Below, piece after piece: positions 54,502-64,000 of a DNA stretch of 64,000 nt. The DNA is from Eledone cirrhosa. Lineage: Eukaryota. Positions within the stretch are counted from its first letter, which is position 1; every line of letters begins with the position of its first letter. The position numbers and the translations under genes are program-made. The notes below the pieces were generated by a model. It ran no database searches. It saw only the letters and a program-made list of their open reading frames with translations, and was not told the origin of the DNA. Location: contig OZ024745.1 in assembly GCA_964016885.1 (NCBI GenBank), positions 74,462,001 through 74,526,000 on the forward strand, written 5' to 3'.

Positions 54502-55440
54502 TACATGTGAAAATACTTCATTTATCTTTAATAATAGAATTAAATAGGAAACATATTATGTCTATATTTATATTGCCAAGGTTTAGAATACAAAAGACAG
54601 ATGTAAGCAAATAATAAAATATATAAAATATATAAACTTCAAAATAAAATAACACAGATGACTTTTTTTATTATTTTTGTTGTTAGTCTCTAATGTTTGG
54701 TAGTGATAATGGTGTTTGGGATTCAATTAGAAAAATCACTGGCTTCATATATATGGATAGATTAGTTTTTCACCATCATGCATGCTTCCTGCACTAGGGT
54801 GTTTGGGATTCTGTTAGAAAAATCACTGGCTTCATATATATTGATGGACTAGTTTTTCACCATTATGCATGCTGCACCATTTCCCACATCATTGAATGTT
54901 ACATCGCAATCCCCAACAGTGATCTGTGTTAGCTTTTATTGAACACTGATATATTTGAAATAAAACATGTCAACATTCGTGAAACAAATGCATACACATA
55001 CACACACACACATGCACATGCACACATACACACATACATAAACATGCACATACACACACACACACATGCATGCACACACACAAATATACATGCACACATA
55101 TGCACGCACACATACATACACACAGATATACACATACACATACATATGCACACATACACACACACACATGTACATACACACACACGCGTATACATATACA
55201 CGCTCAAAACATAAGCACACATTAAAGATACTTTTTGTTAATGTTTTTCTTTCTGGTTCAGCTTGTTTGCATACTTTGTTATATACTAGAGGGCGGGGGT
55301 GAGGAGAGAGAGGGGGAAAGATGAAAGGGAGTGATGGAGAGAGGGTGAGAGAGAGAGGTAGTGAGGGTAAGATAAGGAAAGAGAAGAGAAGGGGAGAGAA
55401 GAAAGGGAGGGGCGGAGAGAGAGCAAGAGAGGGGGTGTGG

Positions 55441-55680
55441 GTAAGATAGAGAGAGGGGAGAAAAGAAAGTGGGGAGGGAGAGAGATAAAGAGAGAGGAGG
55501 AGAGAGAGGGTAAGATAGGGAGAGGGGTGAGAAGAAAGTGGGGAGGGAGAGAGATAAAGAGAGAGGAGGAGAGAGAGGGTAAGATAGGGAGAGGGGTGAG
55601 AAGAAAGTGGGGAGGGAGAGAGATAAAGAAAGAGGAGGAGAGAGAGGGTAAGATAGGGAGAGGGGAGAGAAGAAAGGGAG
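55441..55680. repeat. Purine-rich 69-bp minisatellite (~3.5 units)
   Basis: gtaagatag recurs at 55441, 55510, 55579 and 55648. Confidence 0.85.
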
Positions 55681-55900
55681 GGAAGGAGAGAGGGAAAGAG
55701 AGAGGAGGAGAGAGAAAGAGAGTTATAGTTTCCATATATTTTTGTTTCTGCTTTCAATGGAAACATTTGATGTGTTAATAATTTATGTGTATTTTGTCTT
55801 TAGGGATGATACTTTCTGGCTGGGTTTTCTTCTTCATACTGTTTCAACAATATGGCAACCAATGTCCTCTTGCTGTTGCAATGATTTGTAGATGCATTAA

Positions 55901-56106
55901 CCCTTTAGCATTTAAACTCGCTGTATCCAGCCAGAATGTTCTTACCTTTGTAATTTTCTTACTGCTCACATTGATGTTAAAGTATTGTTCTCAAAATAAA
56001 TAATATCAAAATCTCATATATTCGATATTGTTTGAGATATTATGTGAGATAAAGCCTTTCCTGCGAAATACAATAGTAAATATAGAGTAATGTAAATGCT
56101 AAAGGG
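55901..56106. mobile_element. piggyBac-type MITE, same family, full copy
   Basis: TTAA flanks, CCCTTTAGCATTTA TIRs and shared internal sequence. Confidence 0.85.
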
Positions 56107-56419
56107 TTAATGATATTTCAATAGCCTGACATTTATATCCTCCAACTAACCATAACAACTTGATGTTCCTCATGTCACTCAGTTAACCTGAAGGCATTTG
56201 TCCAATAATTTCTCATGACATCGGACTGGTTCACGATTTGCTTAATGGTGAACAATTTCATCTTTATATATATTCAAACAAATTTCCACAACAAATGATA
56301 TCAAGTCATCCCACTCCCTCTACCACTCCTTTTTTTTAAAAATATAAGGACAATGAAAATTACTTTTACAAAAGTGAAAACAATACAGAGGCTTCATAGA
56401 AGTAGTTGATAGCTTTTGT

Positions 56420-57620
56420 TACCTTGGTGAAGACATGCATAGACTGGAGAGAAATGAAGCAGCCATACTGTGTTGAATGTGCAATATAAACGTGAGAGAA
56501 AGGCAGAGCTTGGATGAACTAAGAGAGAAGCTGGGTTTAAGAGGAATCTGAGGTGGTGGGCAAGAGAGATGACTGTTGCTATGGACATGTTATGCACATG
56601 GATGATGACTGATGGGTGAAGAAATACCAGGAAATGCCAGTAGAAGGAAGTCACATTAGAGGCAGACCAAGAAAGATCTGGACAGAGGTGGTGAGTGCTA
56701 ACTTCAAATCGCTGAGACTCACAGAGATGATGAAGAAACATGGTAAGTGGAGAGATGCTGTGCTGAGAAGGACCCATCCAACCCATGCAAGCATGGAAAT
56801 ACATATATAAAAATGATGATGATAATGATGTAACCTAGTTAGCAGTGGAGGAGAGTGCTCTGAAAGCATAATAGCCACAATAAAAAAAAAAAAGGATGTA
56901 AGACAATTCAGGTAGATACAACCTATGCTAACAATGAAGTGATTATCTTTTCAGATGAAGGGTAGATTGTATGAGGCCTGTATTTGAAGTGCAATGATGC
57001 ATGGTAGTGTGACATGCAGAGGATATGCAAAAGTTATAAATAAATAAATCGAACATGCTCCATTGGATGTGTACTATTAGTGTATATAAACAATGAAACC
57101 CAGATAAGTTGAGAGAAAAACTGACTATAAGAGAAATTAGATGTAGTGTGTCAGAGAGAAGATGGCATTGGTACAAACAAATAATTGTCTCTACTTTAGG
57201 CACAAGGCCAGCAATTACTCAGTGCATTACTGGTACTTTATTTTATCGACCCCGTAAGGATGAAAGGCAAAGTCAACCTCGGCGGGATTTGAACTCAGAT
57301 CGTAAAGGGACGTAACTATGCTGGAAAGCATGGCGTCCGACCCTCTACTGATACTGCCAATCTACCGCCCTTTGGTACAAACAAATAATAGGCATAGATG
57401 ATGATTGTTGGGTAAAGCAGTGCAAGGAGTTTCAAGTAGAAGGAAGATGGGGCAGAGATAGACGAAGGAAGACTTGGACAGAGGTGATGATAGTGGATCT
57501 TAGGATGTTGAACTGCCGAAAGAAGATGACAAAGAAAAGAGACAAGTGGAAGGATGCTGTGTTAGACAGAATTCATCCATCTCATACCAGCATAGAAAAA
57601 CATGTAAGAATGATGATATA
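56420..57620 (+). pseudogene. Two degenerate RTE LINE 3' ends
   Basis: VEGSHIRGRPRKIWTEVV, LREKLTIREIRCSVSERRWHWY and (GAT)n tails. Confidence 0.7.
57186..57371 (-). mobile_element. SINE family A with TSD, inserted into an RTE relic
   Basis: TSD TTGGTACAAACAAATAAT at 57168 and 57372. Confidence 0.9.
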
Positions 57621-57626
57621 TATATA

Positions 57627-57664
<38 letters not shown>

Positions 57665-57950
57665 CGCATATATATATATATATTTATATATATATATATT
57701 GCCTATATATATATATTGTATATATAGGCGTATGCATGTTAGTAGTTATATGCATATACATTACCACTCCTAATTCACGCTTCACTGGTTAACAGTAGGG
57801 AAAGCATTGAGGTGTGAAAACAATTGCTCCAGCAATGATGTGCAAAAACCTTCAATAAGAGAATAGATGTAAAACTGTGATACAGAAATATGTTCGTGTG
57901 TGTGCATACATGCATTTATAAATACGTGAATAGACATGATATTACTCTTT

Positions 57951-57952
<2 letters not shown>

Positions 57953-58021
<69 letters not shown>

Positions 58022-58161
58022 ATATATTATATATACACATACATATATATATATACACACACATATATATATATATATACATATATATACATATATACAT
58101 ATACTATATATATATATATATATATACATATATATATACTATATATATATATATATATATA

Positions 58162-58195
<34 letters not shown>

Positions 58196-58237
58196 AAAGA
58201 GTGAAGAATTGGATTACCTTAAACGATATCTTGTTAT

Positions 58238-58311
<74 letters not shown>

Positions 58312-58394
58312 TATACCATACATATATCCTCATTTAATGTTCATTTTCTCAGCTTTTAATGATTGAACCATTCTCTCTCTCTCTCTCTCTCCCT

Positions 58395-58447
<53 letters not shown>

Positions 58448-58500
58448 CTGTATATATATATGTATATACTGTATATATATATATATATATTTATATGTAG
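57953..58500. repeat. (TA)n-rich microsatellite cluster
   Basis: Directly visible. Confidence 0.95.
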
Positions 58501-58839
58501 TAGAGGGAGAATGAGAGAAACAAGAAGTGTGTCTGAGCATAAATATGTATGCAAATATGTGTATAATTGTGCAAAAAGGGAGTATAAGTAATGAATATAA
58601 TAAATATCTACATATCGTTGTGTGTGTAAATGTGCGACAAACAAATATTTATATGTATGAATATAATAGGTGTGTATATTTGCATTCTTCATAGTACAGG
58701 GAAAAGGATTAATGAGTAAGCAAGAGAACATAATATTTCTTGATTTATTGTATATACATATATACATATGTATATGGTATATCATGATCATGATCATCAT
58801 CATCATCATCGTTTAACGTCTATCTTCCATGCTAGCATG

Positions 58840-58892
<53 letters not shown>

Positions 58893-58983
58893 ATTTATAT
58901 ATATAAACTTAAGAAAATTATGATATATTATATATATAACTTAAGAAAATTATGATATATTATATATATAAACTTAAGAAAAT

Positions 58984-59040
<57 letters not shown>

Positions 59041-59979
59041 TAAGAAAATTAACAAAGAAAGGACAAGACAACGAACGGAAACAAAAACAAAGCAAAAAAC
59101 AATTTTTTAAGGGGAAACCATAAAAAATTTTTTTTTTTCAAATGAAACAAACATATATATATATGTGTGTGTGGGTGTGTGAAACCTTGAGCAAATGCCT
59201 TCTGTTATAACCCCAGCCGAACAAATGTGTGAAGGAATTTGACAGATGGAAACTGTAAAGAAGTCCATTATGTATGTATCATCATCACTGTTTAACGTCC
59301 ATTTTCCCACACTAGCATGGGTTAGATAAGCTGTCCCATTATGAGACAAGTCAGATCAGATGACCATGTTTTGATCATACAGAACTGGTTGTGGCTTGGT
59401 TTCTACAGCTGGATGCCTTTCCTAATGCTAACTACATTTACAGTGTGTATTGGGTGCTTTTTGTCGTGACACCTACATGACCACCTTACAGTGTGACTGG
59501 GTGTGTTTTATCGTGACACCTACAGAACCACCTTACTGTGTAGAATGGGTGCTTTTCATTGTGTTACCAGCACAACCACTTTACAGTGTGGACTGAGTGC
59601 CTTTTGTCATGGCACAAAATCAACCACTTTACTGTGTGGACTGGGAGCTGGGTGGGGGCAGTGCATGGGAATTGGAGTGAGGTGGGGGACTTATCCGAAG
59701 GATGGGGTTTAGGGACATGGGTGAAGGGTGGGGTGTTAGGACATGGATGGCGTATTAGGATGTTAAAGGTATATGGAAGGAGGAGGGGAAGGTATAGTAA
59801 AGTGTTGCATACTAGATGTAAGCTTCAGCCCATGCATATGGGGAGGCAGGTTTCTGTATTACTGCATAATGCCAGAGATATTGATCCTGTGCCATCACCT
59901 TTGGGAAGTGCAATTGTGCAAGGTCAGCTCTTATTACCCCATCCCAAGTCTTCCTACTCCGTAGCTTCCATCAACTTTG

Positions 59980-60720
59980 AGCACTCTACACCTTTTTATA
60001 CCGCTGTCATCCTTCATATGCATCACATGGCCATACCACTGCAATCTCCGCTCCTTACATACAGCATCTGATCTCTCTTATGCCCAGTTTCTCTCTTAGT
60101 TCATTTACGATTTGCTGTTCACATATATTACTATTACACGGCCATCAGAGCTTGCAAACTTCATTTCTTTCCAATCTACATAGGTCCTTGGCACACAGTG
60201 CCTATGTCCCACTGTCATGCAGCATTGCAGTTCATATACATGCCTCATACAGTCTGTCCTTCATTTGGATGAAAAAGCTTTTTGTAGCTAGCAGTGGTGG
60301 TAGCTCCCTGAACTTTTTTCATCCTTTTCTCTGTACTTTCGTAACACCTACCTCCACTGGTAATTTGGTCACCCAGGTACTAGAAATTGTCAACTGCTTC
60401 TATAGAACCCTCTGACAATTTGATAGAGCTTGTTTCCTGTGAGCAATTGCTGTTTACTGCTCCAGTGCAGTGACCACATGTAAAACCTATGTTCTTAGCT
60501 AGCCTACCTGAAATCCCGCTATATCTCTTGTGTACCCATAGTTTGCATTTGGGACAGAAGATGGAATTTCTACCCATCCCTTTCTTACACGTTGAGCTGG
60601 GCCATTTCCCAGACGGGATCAGGGAATTGTTTTCTTTACTACTTACTAGAACTTTGGTCTTTGCTGAATTGACTTTAAGACCTTTTGCTTCCATGTTAGG
60701 AAATTTTTCTTTAATTCTGC
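59980..60720 (-). pseudogene. RTE-clade LINE relic (RT C-terminal region with Cys-rich insert)
   Basis: MEAKGLKVNSAKTKVLVS..GKWP..CKKGMGRNSIFCPKCKLWVHKR..FTCGHC, with frameshifts downstream. Confidence 0.8.
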
Positions 60721-61397
60721 CATAGGATCATAAGCATATATATATATATCATCACCATCATTTTTACATCCATTTTTCCATACTGACATGGGTTTAGTCA
60801 GGATGATTTGAGACAATATTTTACAGTTGACTGCTTTTCCTGACACCAACCATTTTAGTCACTTCTTACAACATGGAGGGATTTAGTGTACCTATTCTAA
60901 AATCCAGGATGCTTTTTGTCATGACACCTACATGACCACTTTACAGTGTGGATAGGGTGCTTTTTGTCATGACACCTACAGAACGCCTTTACAGCTGCAT
61001 TTTACCACGTCAGCTATCTTGTTGGCATGCAGTTACATGCATTAAGGTGGTATTGTAGTTAAAATGCCAGTTTATACAACAGACCAAAAAATGCTCTGTT
61101 GGTAAGACATGTAAGATAACAAAACAAAGAATGGACAGGAAAATTTACGGGTGTCTTTCGACACACGGTAAACAACGAAGGCCATGTGTTGTCCTTCTCC
61201 GACACAACTCTTACCCCTCGGAACCCCCCTACTTCTCTCTTTCTCTCAGCTCAATACCACCTGGTTTTGTTACCTGGAGATTTACCCATCTGCCTTGTTG
61301 AGGTTTCCCAAACGACTATATATATATATATATATATATCTTGGTTACTCAACTAGATATATGAAAGAGACATATATATATATATATATATATATAT

Positions 61398-62417
61398 GCA
61401 AAAGTTCTATTTAAAATTGTTGGGATACAACAAGTAAATATTTTTATAACTGATATAAAGCACTCGACAAGTATTTGGAGTTGATATACGATATTAATAA
61501 ATGGAAACTATATTTATAAAACCATATTTATTTCATTATACATATTTCAGGGATACCAAATTAAATTATGGTATGCCTTCATCAGACAAAATACAATATA
61601 TAACAGTTTTACAAATAAGCTTTGACGTACCCTATTAAAATGCAACCATTATTTTTGGAAGCCATCTGGATAGTGAATTGTTTATATTATTTTAATAAGT
61701 CTTAGTGTTAAGGACAATTAGAAAAAGACGGAGAGAAAGAAAAAAGACGGAGAGAGAAAAAAAGAAAAGAAAAAGAAAAAAAAAACGTGGAGAGATATCG
61801 GAGAGAGAGAGAAATGCATGGAGAAAAAAGAGAGAGATAAATAAAGACAGGAGGAAAGAAAGAAAAAAGAAAAGAGGAAGAAATAGGAAAAATAGAGGAA
61901 AGCAACAGAGAGATATCAAGTCATCAGACAGATAGAAAGACTCAAGAGAGAGAAATAATATATAGAGAGGGGGGGGGGTAATGAAAACTTTACGTCATGT
62001 CATATTAAGTTGAGTTAACAATTTATATGAAATGAATAATAAAAATATAAATATTAATATTCATGAATGGGACATAAATATATAATATGAGAAATTAAAC
62101 ATTGTTTAATAATGATTATATGTTTAGTTTAAAACTTGAGATCAATATACTAAAATTTGAGTTTAAGCATCCAAAATGTACACATTGCTAGAGAAACCAC
62201 TGTCTTATATATATATATACACACGTCCTGAAAATAGAAATTATATCTACTCAGGTCTACAATATAGACATACAAAACGCAAATGATTTCTCTTAATCAC
62301 TACTATACATTCCTTGTGTTATAAACAAGGAATGTATAGCAGTGATTAAGAGAAATCATTTGCGTTTTGTATGTCTATATTGTAGACCTGAGTAAATATA
62401 ATTTCTATTTTCAGGAC

Positions 62418-62490
<73 letters not shown>

Positions 62491-63227
62491 AGATAGTGGT
62501 TTCTCTATCAATGTGTACATTTTGGATGCTTAAACTCAAATTTTAGTATATTGATCTCAAGTTTTAAACTAAACATAATCATTATTAAACAATGTTTAAT
62601 TTCTCATATTATATATTTATGTCCCATTCATGAATATTAATATTTATATTTTTATTATTCATTTCATATAAATTGTTAACTCAACTTAATATGACATGAC
62701 GTAAAGTTTTCATTATCTCCCCCTCTCTCTATATATTATTTCTCTCTCTTGAGTCTTTCTATCTGTCTGATGACTTGATATCTCTCTGTTGCTTTCCTCT
62801 GTTTTTCCTATTTCTTCCTCTTTTCTTTTTTCTTTCTTTCCTCCTGTCTTTATTTATCTCTCTCTTTTTTCTCCATGCATTTCTCTCTCTCTCCGATATC
62901 TCTCCACGTTTTTTCTTTTTCTTTTTCTTTTTCTTTTTCTTTTTCTTTTTCTTTTTCTTTTTTTCTCTCTCCGTCTTTTTTCTTTCTCTCCGTCTTTTTC
63001 TAATTGTCCTTAACACTAAGACTTATTAAAATAATATAAACAATTCACTATCCAGATGGCTTCCAAAAATAATGGTTGCATTTTAAAAGGGTACGTCAAA
63101 GCTTATTTGTAAAAATATATTGTATTTTGTCTGATGAAGGCATACCATAATTTAATTTGGTATCCCTGAAATATGTATAATGAAATAAATATGGTTTTAT
63201 AAATATAGTTTCCATTTATTAATATCG

Positions 63228-63232
<5 letters not shown>
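61398..63232. mobile_element. Giant fold-back palindrome (~0.85-0.9 kb arms, centre ~62321) of the same HHR-bearing family, with an 86-nt unpaired tail on the left
   Basis: 61484-62317 is the reverse complement of 62325-63232, apart from a few substitutions and microsatellite length differences. The mirror ORFs 61705-61935(+) and 62759-63016(-) confirm the symmetry. (TA)n flanks. Confidence 0.9.
63123..63187 (+). ncRNA. Type I hammerhead ribozyme motif (mirror copy at 61529-61593 on -)
   Basis: TATTTTGT-CTGATGA-AGG C ATACCA..TGGTAT C CCT-GAAA-TATGTA-TA-ATGAAATA. Confidence 0.8.
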
Positions 63233-63259
<27 letters not shown>

Positions 63260-63551
63260 TCTTTCATATATCTAGTTGAGTAACCAAGATTGTCTCGGCT
63301 TGATTCTTTCTGTACATTTAATATTCATCATTATATGTATGTACATGATACTAGTTGTTACTCATTTAGATATATAAAAGAGACTCTTTCGTATATCGTT
63401 TAAATTTGTATATACACAAAAATTATATATATATATATATGGTGGGTATTTATATGCTATATCCATTGCACCTTTTTTAGCTTCCCCTCCTCCCACGTGC
63501 GATTTAGCTTCTGTTTAACTCATCACTGTTCTTCTCCCCACCATCATTACA

Positions 63552-63850
63552 TTCTCAGTGCTGCTATAAACATTGTTTTTCTCTCTAATGATGGGCTTTG
63601 AAACGTCAGTGTTTTTGTCTCCCAGCAACATAAAAAAAATATCCAAATTTGAAAACATTACAAAATATTTTTTGCCAACGTAGACTTCCACTTGTTTTTC
63701 TCAGTGCTACCATAAACATTTAAACACTGTTTTTCTCTCTGTCAATAGGCTTCGAAGCATCAGTACTTTTGCCTTCCAGCAACATACAAAATTATCCAAG
63801 TTTAAAAACATTACAAAATACATTTTGCCGTCGTAGATTTCCACTTGTTT
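63552..63850 (+). repeat. Two diverged ~146-153-bp tandem units with degenerate minimal HHR-like cores
   Basis: ttctcagtgct.. at 63552 and 63698. Cores CTAATGA TGGGCTTT GAAACGTC and CTGTCAA TAGGCTTC GAAGCATC. Confidence 0.6.
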
Positions 63851-64000
63851 CAGATGCAGTAGGGTGTCGGTTATATAGAAGCAAGGGGATGTAAGGTAAT
63901 TTTTTGCTGCAACACCCGTCTCGCTTTGATGTGAATATAACGTTCGAAACCGTCGAAAATTTAACTAAAATATTTCCGGGTGTAATAATGTAATAGTAAA

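Noticed and set aside
54929-55778. Multiple ORFs of 71-276 aa
   Set aside because: Derived from CA-type microsatellites and the 69-bp purine minisatellite.
61145-61210. HHR-like stem II plus GAAA on the minus strand (similar weak motif near 36888)
   Set aside because: The CUGANGA box and stem I/III could not be reconstructed convincingly.
61692-63029. Mirror-image Lys/Arg-rich and Phe/Leu-rich ORFs
   Set aside because: Low-complexity purine tract inside the palindrome arms, not plausible proteins.

Overview
AT-rich, repeat-dense animal genomic DNA. The SINE, MITE and RTE repertoire and the very long (TA)n tracts suggest an octopod cephalopod, which is an inference from repeat style. One clear host gene segment is present: a ~3.6 kb coding exon (14499-18129, +) for a Ser/Thr/Pro/Gln-rich protein. 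By eye it carries three divergent Ski/Dachshund-like globular domains, and it has a probable short terminal exon at 18569. The rest is mostly transposon-derived: tRNA-derived SINEs (some with intact TSDs), piggyBac-type TTAA MITEs, RTE LINE relics, a composite Helitron with a 600-bp internal palindrome, a degenerate Penelope-like element (PLE), and a near-intact PLE (RT + GIY-YIG, one homopolymer frameshift, 45311-47606, -). The most striking signal is a set of type I hammerhead ribozyme (HHR) motifs, mostly in non-coding elements sitting in (TA)n tracts. Three of these elements are fold-back palindromes (32.5, 43.0 and 62.3 kb) with the same one-sided extra tail, and two of them show compensatory base changes in HHR stem II. 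A ~495-bp retrozyme-like direct repeat is also present. Nearly all other ORFs in the track are microsatellite or antisense artefacts. All calls were made by eye, without database searches or folding software.
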